Assembly (NCBI GenBank): GCA_029932605.1
Contig: JAOZPT010000016.1
Location: 1-42,266, forward strand
Source of the DNA: Candidatus Zixiibacteriota bacterium
GTDB taxonomy: Bacteria > Zixibacteria > MSB-5A5 > UBA10806 > 4484-95
Direction: 5' to 3'
Length of the DNA: 42,266 nucleotides
Part shown: positions 1 to 8,464 of the stretch, piece after piece
How positions within the stretch are numbered: the stretch's first letter is position 1
Layout: each line of letters starts with the position of its first letter
Made by a program: the position numbers and the translations under genes
Notes under the pieces: model-generated
What the model saw: the letters and a program-made list of their open reading frames with translations, nothing else
What the model was told of the DNA's origin: nothing
Database searches by the model: none

Positions 1-55
1 CCACCTGAGCAAAAAGCAGGGTTGGTAAAATTAATATTAATACCAAGGTTTTCAT
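1..55 (-). CDS. Secreted protein, N-terminal fragment (runs off the window start)
   Basis: ATG at 55 reads MKTLVLILILPTLLFAQV, a signal-peptide-like start; AGAGG RBS and TTGCTT-N16-TATAAT promoter upstream. Confidence 0.7.
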   Translation of the reverse strand, partial: MKTLVLILILPTLLFAQV

Positions 56-110
56 GGAAACCTCTAAACTTAGATATATTATAAAATAAATATTACAAAA
101 AGCAAGCTAT

Positions 111-143
111 ATAAATAAAAAAGGGCGGACATTTAATCCGCCC
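111..143 (-). terminator. Intrinsic terminator of the oxidoreductase operon
   Basis: GGGCGGA/TCCGCCC stem (123-143) followed by a T-rich tract on the minus strand. Confidence 0.75.
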
Positions 144-168
144 GTGCAAAAACCAAATTCATGATTGT

Positions 169-705
169 CTACTTCACCAGTTCGGCGCCACGCTCAATTG
201 CCTGGCGGTTCATATTTAGAACCTTTTCGTTGGCTTTTACATAAACCTTGGCCACCGATTTCTTCAAAGCTTCAATGCTCACCGCTTTGCTCTTTTTAAC
301 ATAGGCTCCAAGCATCACCATGTTAGCACACTTGATATTGCCAAGCTCTTCGGCGATTTCGTTAGCGGGAACCTCTACAGTCTCGATGTCATCTCTTTTG
401 GAACGTGAGGACACCAGCGAGGTATTAAGAAATAATACACCTCCTGGGCGAAGCTTGGGTTCAAATTTTGCCAGTGATGGTTCGTTCATCACCAGAATAG
501 AATCTGGAAAAGCGACCACCGGTGAGGCAACCTCCTCGGAGGAAACCACCACCGAGCAGTTGGCGGTGCCACCGCGCATCTCAGCACCATATGCCGGGAA
601 AAACGTTACATATTTGCCATCAACCATTCCTGAATATGCCAGTAAAATCCCACCGGAGACAACACCTTGTCCGCCGAAACCAGCCATTATTATACCTTGA
701 TACAT
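169..705 (-). CDS. 2-oxoacid:ferredoxin oxidoreductase gamma subunit
   Basis: AGFGGQG, YGAEMRGG and NMVMLGA motifs; start moved to MYQG (705), which follows a GGGAGG RBS. Confidence 0.92.
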   Translation of the reverse strand: MYQGIIMAGFGGQGVVSGGILLAYSGMVDGKYVTFFPAYGAEMRGGTANCSVVVSSEEVASPVVAFPDSILVMNEPSLAKFEPKLRPGGVLFLNTSLVSSRSKRDDIETVEVPANEIAEELGNIKCANMVMLGAYVKKSKAVSIEALKKSVAKVYVKANEKVLNMNRQAIERGAELVK

Positions 706-719
706 GTCATTGCCTCCCA

Positions 720-1487
720 TCACACTTTAACCGTTTCTTGTTTTGTAGGCTTGGGGGGTGCCTTGAAAACACCTAAAGGGAAATAGGAAATCATCTCATT
801 CTTAACACGTTCAATCGCCTGCAGTGGCGTCAGATTCCAATCGGTAGGACACTGAGAAAGGATCTCCACCATAGTGAAACCACGTCCTTCCATCTGGTAT
901 GTAAATGCTTTCTTGATAGCTTTCTTGGTCTTAATCACATTGGCTGGTGCATGAACAGAAGTTCGTTCAAGATAGTAAGCACCATCAAGTGTGGCCAGCA
1001 ACTCACACATCTTAAAAGGATACCCATTAACATCAACTGACCGTCCGGCAGGACAGGTTGTTGATTTCATTCCCAGTAAAGTGGTCGGAGCCATCTGTCC
1101 ACCAGTCATACCATATATGGCATTATTGATAAAAATAATAGATATATTCTCAGCCCTGTTAGCAGCATGAATCGTCTCTGCCATACCTATCGAGGCTAAA
1201 TCTCCATCACCCTGGTATGAGATAACCAAACATTCCGGTTTGATCCTCTTCAAACCGGTAGCAATAGCCGGCCCACGGCCATGAGCTCCCTGAATAGCAT
1301 CGGTATTGAAATACTCATCAGCGAAAACCGAACAGCCTACAGGTGCGATTAGTATAGCTTTCTTCAACATCCCCATCTCTTCAATTACCTCGGCTACCAG
1401 CCTATGAACCACTCCATGGCCACAACCGGGGCAATAACGCATAGGGATATCAACTAATCCCTTTGTTCTCTCAAATACTTTCTTCAT
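720..1487 (-). CDS. 2-oxoacid:ferredoxin oxidoreductase beta subunit (TPP-binding, VOR-like)
   Basis: YCPGCGH, HGRG, GDGD TPP motif, NNAIYGMTGGQ, SQCP. Confidence 0.93.
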   Translation of the reverse strand: MKKVFERTKGLVDIPMRYCPGCGHGVVHRLVAEVIEEMGMLKKAILIAPVGCSVFADEYFNTDAIQGAHGRGPAIATGLKRIKPECLVISYQGDGDLASIGMAETIHAANRAENISIIFINNAIYGMTGGQMAPTTLLGMKSTTCPAGRSVDVNGYPFKMCELLATLDGAYYLERTSVHAPANVIKTKKAIKKAFTYQMEGRGFTMVEILSQCPTDWNLTPLQAIERVKNEMISYFPLGVFKAPPKPTKQETVKV

Positions 1488-1534
1488 CTCTATCTCCAGT
1501 TAATTCTTTACATTGCCTTAATTGAGACAAAATC

Positions 1535-2599
1535 TCAGGATTTTCCCAATATCTGCTTGATAACCCCCAAAATCTCCTCAGCAACAGGAATACCTCCAGC
1601 TGGACGCTTATGAAGATCAATTTTTGCCTTGCCTAAAATGGATAGCTTAACATCATCAATATATTGCCCAAGGCTCATTTCTACAACCAAGAAATTTTTA
1701 ACCTTATCGGCAATCTCTGAGAAAATTTTCTCAGGGAATGGCCATATCGTTATGGGTCTTATGACTCCCACCTTTATTCCCTCTTTGCGAGCTAAAGCCA
1801 TTGCAGATTTGCAAACCCGGGCCGACGTTCCATAACCGGTTAAAACCAGCTCCGCATCATCTGTCTCTATCGTCTCGCAGATAACCTCATTAGCTTTAAC
1901 CTCACTATGGATACTATCAAGCTCAAGGTTAAACTCCTCCATTTTACCAGGAGCAAGGTCATATGACCTAACCACTCTTCTCTTGCGACCTTCGTTTACA
2001 CCAAGAACCCAATCCGGCTCGGGAATGGTCGAAGTATCGACTGGCTCAAAATCGAATTCCAATGGTTCCATCATTTGTCCCAATAGGCCATCGGCTAAAA
2101 TCATCGAGGGTATCCGATATTTGAAAGCAACCTCATAGCATTTCCTGGGGAAATTAGCCATTTCCGAGACCGATCCAGGAGCCATAACAAAAACCCGGTA
2201 ATCGCCGTGTCCACCACCACGGGTTGCCTGGTAATAGTCACCCTGCGATGGGGCAATATTGCCCAAACCAGGACCGCCCCGAACAACATTTGCATAAAAA
2301 ATCGGAAGACGAGCACCGGCGCAATAAGATATACCCTCCTGTTTTAGAGAGATACCGGGACCGGATGAAGATGTCATCACCCGTGCCCCACAGGCTGATG
2401 CGCCAAAAAGCATATTAATCGCCGCAACCTCGCTTTCAGCCTGTATGAAAGTTCCTCCCATCTCTGGCAATCTCCAGGACATATATTCTGGAATCTCATT
2501 CTGGGGAGTGATGGGATACCCGGCAAAAAACCGACATCCAGCTCTTACTGCTCCCTCGGCCAATGCCTCATTACCTTTCATCAATGTCTTTTCAGCCAT
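1535..2599 (-). CDS. vorB: 2-oxoacid (2-ketoisovalerate-type):ferredoxin oxidoreductase alpha subunit
   Basis: MKGNEA, GYPITPQ, QAESEVAA, TSSSGPG, RGGPGLG; start MAEK at 2599 after GAGGT. Confidence 0.9.
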   Translation of the reverse strand: MAEKTLMKGNEALAEGAVRAGCRFFAGYPITPQNEIPEYMSWRLPEMGGTFIQAESEVAAINMLFGASACGARVMTSSSGPGISLKQEGISYCAGARLPIFYANVVRGGPGLGNIAPSQGDYYQATRGGGHGDYRVFVMAPGSVSEMANFPRKCYEVAFKYRIPSMILADGLLGQMMEPLEFDFEPVDTSTIPEPDWVLGVNEGRKRRVVRSYDLAPGKMEEFNLELDSIHSEVKANEVICETIETDDAELVLTGYGTSARVCKSAMALARKEGIKVGVIRPITIWPFPEKIFSEIADKVKNFLVVEMSLGQYIDDVKLSILGKAKIDLHKRPAGGIPVAEEILGVIKQILGKS

Positions 2600-2606
2600 A
2601 TCTACC

Positions 2607-2810
2607 TCACTTCCAGACTTCAATGGCTACATCCGGACAAACATAAGCACACAGTTTACACCCTGTGCAATTCTCAGGTCTGACCGGCACCGCCGGGTAA
2701 TAACCCGAAGGGGCAAAATTATCAGCTAAAGCAATAACATCTTTTGGACATGCTACAATACAAAGTTCACAACCTTTGCATCGTGTTACATCCACATCTA
2801 TTTTAGGCAT
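2607..2810 (-). CDS. 2x[4Fe-4S] ferredoxin, oxidoreductase delta subunit
   Basis: Two CxxCxxCxxxCP motifs; GGAGG RBS before MPKI; first gene of the operon. Confidence 0.93.
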   Translation of the reverse strand: MPKIDVDVTRCKGCELCIVACPKDVIALADNFAPSGYYPAVPVRPENCTGCKLCAYVCPDVAIEVWK

Positions 2811-2900
2811 TACTACCTCCATCAACTAATAACAATTTATATAAATATACAAATCAGAAAACGCTAAGCAATATATTTTGCAACTTTTTTCACAAAGTAT

Positions 2901-2932
2901 AAAAAATAAGCCACCCTTAAAAAAAGAGTGGC
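2901..2932 (-). terminator. Intrinsic terminator after the small Zn-ribbon gene
   Basis: Minus strand GCCACTCTT-TTTT-AAGGGTGGC then TTATTTTTT. Confidence 0.8.
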
Positions 2933-2967
2933 CAAACTTAACCGTCAACATTAATAACGAATTACAA

Positions 2968-3156
2968 TTATCCGTAGTATTCTTTATGGTTACATTTGCA
3001 AATATTTATCATATTCTTTTTATACTTATATGTCCCCTTTCCCGTCTTGACGGCAATCATAAAAAGAGTTGGTGTTATCGGGGAACCACACTTATCACAG
3101 CTTACCGTATGTTTTGTCTTTTTGATTTTATCTGCAAATGTCTGCCTTTTACCCAT
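2968..3156 (-). CDS. Small basic Zn-ribbon protein, candidate ribosomal protein bL38 (DUF4295)-like
   Basis: 62 aa, Lys-rich, CxxC...CxC; GGAGG RBS and own terminator; AVKTGKGTYKY recalls the bL38 hairpin (from memory). Confidence 0.6.
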   Translation of the reverse strand: MGKRQTFADKIKKTKHTVSCDKCGSPITPTLFMIAVKTGKGTYKYKKNMINICKCNHKEYYG

Positions 3157-3182
3157 AATACCTCCATTGCGTAAATATAACA

Positions 3183-3359
3183 CTAAACAGTCTTGAGGGA
3201 AAGATGTTTTTGTAACTCTTGCTTTAACCGCAATGCCAAAATTACAATTTCATCCGAACCTTTATATGGTCTTTTCACATTCTCAACAAGTCCTAAGGCT
3301 TGGTCAAACTCTCCTAAGGAGAGAGATTCATAAAATGATTTTAATTCATCTTCATTCAT
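3183..3359 (-). CDS. Hypothetical 58-aa helical protein (absent from ORF track)
   Basis: MNEDELKSFYESLSLGEFDQALGLVENVKRPYKGSDEIVILALRLKQELQKHLSLKTV; start overlaps the upstream stop by 8 nt and the ORF fills the gap. Confidence 0.7.
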   Translation of the reverse strand: MNEDELKSFYESLSLGEFDQALGLVENVKRPYKGSDEIVILALRLKQELQKHLSLKTV

Positions 3360-4080
3360 CGAGATTTTTACTTAGCCTTTGCAAACGCCCAACATAGGAT
3401 GATACTTTGTAGCCGTTAAGTTTCATGTAATACAATATACTGCCAGCCATGTGCTTGGTTTTAATATCGGGCTTCTTTTCTAAACTATTAAGAAGATAGT
3501 TAACTATTGACAAAAGATGATCCCATGGCTGGTGGAAATATTCTACAATCTCAAGCTGGTATTTTAAACTCTCTTTGAACCTGGCTTTGATATCTTTACT
3601 CGGTGATGTTGTACGAGCAGGAAACGATGAAGTTGTCTCTGAAGGTCTAACGATTTTAAGCCCTGTCGGTGTGTATTTATATCCTAAAAATTTACTCCGC
3701 TCTTGCAAAAAAACATTAACCATGGAAGCAACTCGTGACGCTCTCTTTCTATCATACAAAACAACACGTTTATCATCGCCTTTTGACTCGCTCTGGTAAT
3801 ATGAACCTATCTTTTCAACGCACTTCGCTACCTGGGTTATGATCGTCTTGTCAAAACAATCCTCAGATAATCTTGAACCAACATCTATAAACCATTCCTC
3901 CAAAGCCTTGAAACGCTTATCAAGATACCTGTATTGTTTCTTATTGCTGAATGTTATCTCCTCTAAACGGTTTATCTGTTTTATCGCTTCAAATCTCTCC
4001 AGCCTCTTTCGTGCATAAGCTTGCAAAAAATCAGTCAATAAATTATCCAGTTTGAGCATCATAGCATATCTTGAGGTCAC
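3352..4080 (-). CDS. Hypothetical helical protein
   Basis: 242-aa ORF starting 4 nt after the DUF4388 gene stop; no family recognised; start uncertain. Confidence 0.75.
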   Translation of the reverse strand: MTSRYAMMLKLDNLLTDFLQAYARKRLERFEAIKQINRLEEITFSNKKQYRYLDKRFKALEEWFIDVGSRLSEDCFDKTIITQVAKCVEKIGSYYQSESKGDDKRVVLYDRKRASRVASMVNVFLQERSKFLGYKYTPTGLKIVRPSETTSSFPARTTSPSKDIKARFKESLKYQLEIVEYFHQPWDHLLSIVNYLLNSLEKKPDIKTKHMAGSILYYMKLNGYKVSSYVGRLQRLSKNLDE

Positions 4081-4084
4081 AATA

Positions 4085-4894
4085 TCATCCCTTCTTTAAA
4101 AATTCTTCCAGCATAATGGATAGATTATCAATTTTCACCTCAAGCTCTGTCAGGTTAGCATCGGATATCCAATCACTGCTTCTGTTAGCAGGCTCTATTA
4201 AGCCCTTATAAAAAAGCCGGATTAGCGACTTAATCGAGCCCACTGAGTCATTACACGCATCACTGACGATTTTGCCAATGCTGTTGCGACCATCACACAT
4301 TACCAGAACATTCCAATCGTCAGCTGAAAGTTTTAATTCTATATCTGGCTTTCCAAAAAGCGGTTTCATTATCAAGCAGGTGGAAAAATCAGGTAGCTTT
4401 AATTTAAGGCGGTTTAACTCGTCCAACCTGCGAGTACCCTCTTCAACAAGATGTTCCGTTGACAAAGAGAGTGTTATCTCCTCGCGGGTCGGAAACTTAT
4501 CCTCGTAAAACTTAAATAATCCCCTGTCCCAGGACATCACACTATAAATTACATCAGTTATCTGTTCTGTAAGCGTAGATTCAAGTTGCTGTTTATTTAT
4601 AAACTCGCCTTCGATCAAAATAACACCCAAACGTTTCTCACCGCCAGTTCGCTTCTGTCTAATCAATGATTCCTCAAGAGTCTTATTATTGATTATACCT
4701 TTAGCCACAAACCTTTCGCCAATGCGTCTGGGTTGACTCGGCGCATATGCATAAGTAACCTGGCCATCTTTAAAATAGATAATCACTGCCTGGTCGTCAC
4801 GGTTAACACCTAAAGTGCCACTTCCCCGCCCTGAAATTATCGTTTTAAAAATCTCTGGAACATTAAACTTTTCAATTCTACCCTGAAGATTCAT
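4085..4894 (-). CDS. DUF4388 (PatA-N-like) protein with tandem MshEN-like motifs
   Basis: MNLQGRIEKFNVPEIF..SGTL..IYFKDGQVTYA..WDRGLFKF pattern; RIGERFVAKGII..L...L..Q and RLGVILIEGEFI..L...L..Q. Confidence 0.85.
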   Translation of the reverse strand: MNLQGRIEKFNVPEIFKTIISGRGSGTLGVNRDDQAVIIYFKDGQVTYAYAPSQPRRIGERFVAKGIINNKTLEESLIRQKRTGGEKRLGVILIEGEFINKQQLESTLTEQITDVIYSVMSWDRGLFKFYEDKFPTREEITLSLSTEHLVEEGTRRLDELNRLKLKLPDFSTCLIMKPLFGKPDIELKLSADDWNVLVMCDGRNSIGKIVSDACNDSVGSIKSLIRLFYKGLIEPANRSSDWISDANLTELEVKIDNLSIMLEEFLKKG

Positions 4895-4903
4895 ATATGA
4901 ATA

Positions 4904-4932
4904 ATTATATTAAAATGTTAACTCTACGGCAA
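4904..4932 (-). promoter_or_regulatory. sigma70-type promoter, near-leaderless transcript
   Basis: TTGCCG-N17-TATAAT ending 9 nt before the ATG; no SD. Confidence 0.6.
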
Positions 4933-4980
4933 GCAATTATCCATAAAGGTTATTTTTTGTAAGTTTCCCAGAAGGAGATA

Positions 4981-6249
4981 TTAAATCCTGTATGTAAATC
5001 CTACATAAAATCTTTGGACATCAAATTTTTCTTTGGCAACTAGTTCAAAATCGGGGTCATATCTTTTCCAGTCCAAGAAATTCACAGCAAAATCCATCTT
5101 CAAGGTTCTATCCAGAAGATAGCTGAAACCGGCTGTGAAAATCATGAGGTCTTTATCTATAGAATAATATTCAAACGGTATAGGGTCTTTATTGATTCCC
5201 CCTCTTAAGCTCAATCCCCATTCCGGGAAAAAGTATTCCGCCCCGAGGCTCCAGGCTAAAACGTCACGGTAATTCCGCTCGACAGCTATATTGGCTTCGG
5301 CAAGTGATGAAAATCCGCTTTTATATTCAAGTTGAGTGTAATCAGTATATACGATATCCACGGCGATCAATAAATCACGAACGACAAACGCCGTTCCAAC
5401 TCCAAAACTGAATGGAAGTGTATATTCATATTCAGCCTCTGTTGGGTAGGTAATACTAATATCTCCATCATCATCCTGATAGTCATCGTACATCTGACTA
5501 ACAGTAATTGGTGTAGGAAATCTGATAACTGCCCCAATTTGAACATTAGATCCTTTCGAATAAGAGATACCGATTTTTCCCGAATAACCGGAATAACTAT
5601 CCTCAAGGTTACTTCGGAACGAATAGTAATATGCCCCTTCCACTTCATCTGTCAATCTTGAAAAAGTATCCTTTCCCTCTAAGAAATCTATCGATGCCCC
5701 TACTGACGTATGACGGGAAATCTCGATTGCACCACCGATAGAATAAGCCCACAAACCGCCTATATCATCCTCGCCATAACCGTAACCATCGCCAACGGGG
5801 GTCTCAAACCAACCGTTCTTGTCCTCCAAACGCAATATCCTGTCGAAGCTTTTTACTCGATTTACGGACAGCGCTAATGACAATCCCCCCTGTTCCACTG
5901 GAACCGGTAACACAGCCCAGAACGACGATAATCTGGTTTTGTTCATTTGCGCCTGTTTGGAGTTGACGGTTCCATACTTTGTCTTATTGAAAAAGCGCTG
6001 ATGTGATAACGCTCCTGAAATCTCGATTCTTCGGACACGGGTTAAAAGCGCCGGGTTATACCATAGTGCCGAACCATCCTCGCCAGCAGCGATCTGAGCA
6101 CCTCCCATACCGGCCGCCCTGACACCAACATAAATATTATTCTCCGTTGCCATCTCGTAAACCGCCCCGGGGTCCCCTCCTATCTGTGCCAATAACAGAC
6201 CCGGCAAAATAATCACAAAAATGAATGAAATCCTTATCACAACTATCAC
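4981..6249 (-). CDS. Outer-membrane beta-barrel, OmpP1/FadL/TodX-like
   Basis: Signal peptide; GVRAAGMGGA..DGSALWYNPALL N-terminal motif; alternating beta strands; ends VGFTYRI. Confidence 0.8.
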   Translation of the reverse strand: MIVVIRISFIFVIILPGLLLAQIGGDPGAVYEMATENNIYVGVRAAGMGGAQIAAGEDGSALWYNPALLTRVRRIEISGALSHQRFFNKTKYGTVNSKQAQMNKTRLSSFWAVLPVPVEQGGLSLALSVNRVKSFDRILRLEDKNGWFETPVGDGYGYGEDDIGGLWAYSIGGAIEISRHTSVGASIDFLEGKDTFSRLTDEVEGAYYYSFRSNLEDSYSGYSGKIGISYSKGSNVQIGAVIRFPTPITVSQMYDDYQDDDGDISITYPTEAEYEYTLPFSFGVGTAFVVRDLLIAVDIVYTDYTQLEYKSGFSSLAEANIAVERNYRDVLAWSLGAEYFFPEWGLSLRGGINKDPIPFEYYSIDKDLMIFTAGFSYLLDRTLKMDFAVNFLDWKRYDPDFELVAKEKFDVQRFYVGFTYRI

Positions 6250-6330
6250 CTTCCTCTTCGTCTAAACTTAAAAATGTTCTCTCTGTATTTTATTTCAATT
6301 TTAAATTCATTTGCTTTCAAACGATATCCA

Positions 6331-6454
6331 CCTGAAACTCGAGTGTATTGCTGTTGAGAAAATCCCGGCTGACAACCGATAGGTTTTTCCGACGGTAGAT
6401 AATGAAACCTCTTCTGAAATGTATAACCATCGCCCGTCGGACAATTTTTTCAGG
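6331..6454. ncRNA. Candidate structured RNA (multi-stem), unclassified
   Basis: CCTGAAA(6331-6337)/TTTCAGG(6448-6454) encloses TCCGACGG(6388-6395)/CCGTCGGA(6434-6441) and two smaller hairpins. Confidence 0.3.
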
Positions 6455-6462
6455 AAAAGCAA

Positions 6463-6490
6463 CAAAAAAACCGCGATGAGAATTGCGGTC
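6463..6490 (-). terminator. Intrinsic terminator after the YjbH-like gene (possibly bidirectional)
   Basis: ACCGCGAT-GAGA-ATTGCGGT hairpin, with a T7 run on the minus strand. Confidence 0.7.
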
Positions 6491-6519
6491 TTATCCCGTA
6501 AAAACATTATCATTCCTCA

Positions 6520-7371
6520 TCAATCTGAGAAAAATTTCATATAAACCAGACGCACCTCCCTATCAATAACATTTTTTCTGTCCGACACGTATTTACGATT
6601 TAACAGCAGGTCTCTAAAATCAAGCTCGATTGAAATCTCCGAAGTAATATACCATGACAGCCCCATATTCAAATAACCCCTACCCAGACCGAAATTTCCT
6701 GCTCGCTTGTTATCGTTAATCGCAAAATCATAATCAATAAGAAAAACCATATCATAACCAAAACTTATATCTAAACCCACAAAAAAGTCAGGATCGGTAT
6801 CGATTTCATTTTCGAACGAGTAGTTTATGCCCCCATGCCAGCCAACAGGAGTTAAGTAAACGTTGAAATTTTTCGACAGGGCTAAATAAAATCCCGGAGA
6901 CTTAACCAGGTAGCGATCCTCATAATAACCTATGGATGAATCCTCCTTCTCGAATAACCCGTAACCTAACGAACTGTAACCTAAAGCCAGAGCCGGAAAC
7001 GTTTCCGTCTCCTCTACAAGGCGAAAACGGATTTTAAATTCCATCTTGGGATTCCATTCAGGCGAAACATCGGAGAGTATCTTAGCACCACCATAGCCGA
7101 TACCAATTGAAAACTCATCAGCTAAACCGATACCCAAAGATACTTGCACCCCGCTTGATGGAAAGGTCCTGAAATCGATATCAAAAGCACCTCGGGGCAA
7201 CATACCAGCCGTAGGTATATCAATCAACCAGCGCAAATCAGCTCTTGGTGGGGGAACAGGTCTTTGCATATATGAATCCTCAGCGCCCATGTCATATTCA
7301 CCCTGGTTGGTATCACCATAAACGAAAGGCACTAAAACCATCAACCAAATGATTAAAGAATATCTCATCAT
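6520..7371 (-). CDS. YjbH-like outer-membrane beta-barrel protein
   Basis: Signal peptide after GGAGG RBS (start 7371); LIDIPTAGMLPRG motif; beta-strand pattern; aromatic C-terminus. Confidence 0.72.
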   Translation of the reverse strand: MMRYSLIIWLMVLVPFVYGDTNQGEYDMGAEDSYMQRPVPPPRADLRWLIDIPTAGMLPRGAFDIDFRTFPSSGVQVSLGIGLADEFSIGIGYGGAKILSDVSPEWNPKMEFKIRFRLVEETETFPALALGYSSLGYGLFEKEDSSIGYYEDRYLVKSPGFYLALSKNFNVYLTPVGWHGGINYSFENEIDTDPDFFVGLDISFGYDMVFLIDYDFAINDNKRAGNFGLGRGYLNMGLSWYITSEISIELDFRDLLLNRKYVSDRKNVIDREVRLVYMKFFSD

Positions 7372-7464
7372 TCCTCCAAACGGAATTTTATCACCAATGC
7401 TAAAATCTGTCAACCCTTTAGGGAGGTTAATCCTTTACATTGTCAAAGAACCGATAACTATAAA

Positions 7465-7480
7465 AGCAAAGGACATGCCA
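7465..7480 (-). promoter_or_regulatory. sigma54 (-24/-12) promoter
   Basis: TGGCATG-TCCT-TTGCT versus consensus TGGCACG-N4-TTGCW, one mismatch, exact spacing. Confidence 0.75.
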
Positions 7481-7553
7481 TATCCCTTCCCAATGTTAAC
7501 CCTATTATTAAAAATACGTTAGCCAGCGATATTAAAAATGCTTTTACTATTTA

Positions 7554-7588
7554 TGCACAACTATTGTGCTTCATATCAAAGATATGCA
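7554..7588. promoter_or_regulatory. Tandem palindromes, candidate enhancer-binding-protein sites
   Basis: GCACAA-CTA-TTGTGC and CATATC-AAA-GATATG, about 100-135 bp upstream of the predicted sigma54 start site. Confidence 0.5.
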
Positions 7589-7595
7589 CTAAACT

Positions 7596-8321
7596 TTATT
7601 TATCCCAGCGTTCAAAAATATCCAGAATGAAATCCTTGACCTTCTGACATACAGCTTTAAAATAATCATCAGCCTTCTTGGCATCAAAATCAAGCGCACC
7701 GGTATTCTCTTTATAAATAATGATGGTCGATGGAGACGGATAAACATTGACACCCTGTCTGAAATGGTAAAGCATATCGAGACTGTATTTATCTTTTTTA
7801 ACCGTTTCCGGGGCACTAGCGATAATGGCAGCTGTTTCATCTACTGCGGCATGGCCTCCCTCTGTACCGTAAATCTCCGGTCCCAAGTCCTGACATAGAA
7901 TCCACCAGTGAATCACAATAACCTTGGCACGGGTCTTTTCATGTATTTCGAAAGCTATCTGTTTCAGCTCATCCATATGACCGCCATGGCCGTTTATAAT
8001 CACAATCTTCTCCATCCCTTTAGAAACCATCGATGATAAAATTTCAAAAATATAAGCCTTAAGAGTTGGGGAAGACACCGATAAAGAACCCGGGTAGTGA
8101 AGTAACGACCTGGTCACACCATAACTTACGGTTGGGGCAATAATAGCCTTAATATCAGGGGCTATCCTTTGAGCAATATTTTCGGGGATGATATTATCTG
8201 TGCCAAGCGGAATAACACCATGGGCCTCGATAGTGCCCAGAGGAAGAATAACGCGGTCGTAACCTTTTTTCTGCAGGTCCTCGAAATCCTGCCAATTAAG
8301 CCTATCCCATCTTAGTTCCAT
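7596..8321 (-). CDS. Creatininase / creatinine amidohydrolase family protein
   Basis: PLGTIEAHG, LGTD, NGHGG, GGHAAVDET metal-binding motifs. Confidence 0.92.
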   Translation of the reverse strand: MELRWDRLNWQDFEDLQKKGYDRVILPLGTIEAHGVIPLGTDNIIPENIAQRIAPDIKAIIAPTVSYGVTRSLLHYPGSLSVSSPTLKAYIFEILSSMVSKGMEKIVIINGHGGHMDELKQIAFEIHEKTRAKVIVIHWWILCQDLGPEIYGTEGGHAAVDETAAIIASAPETVKKDKYSLDMLYHFRQGVNVYPSPSTIIIYKENTGALDFDAKKADDYFKAVCQKVKDFILDIFERWDK

Positions 8322-8464
8322 AACTTACTCCTCAATCTATCTAAATTTAAAAACTAAACATAAAATTAAAATCGCCATGTCTTAAACCCGGGTAACTTAA
8401 AATGGCTAAGTTTCTTTAACCATTGATAAGACTAATAACAACATATCGTAAAGAAATGTCTCAT

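Noticed and set aside
2878..3196. Plus-strand 98-aa and 66-aa ORFs
   Set aside because: Antisense to the small Zn-ribbon gene, which has the SD and terminator
6420..6440. Fluoride riboswitch suggested by GGCGATGG on the minus strand
   Set aside because: No pairing CGCC or downstream GCTxATGA..CTAC element
6307..6513. 68-aa minus-strand ORF with a hydrophobic N-terminus
   Set aside because: The hydrophobic stretch is the terminator hairpin and T tract, and the rest overlaps inverted repeats; probably spurious, though a GAGGA upstream means it is not fully excluded
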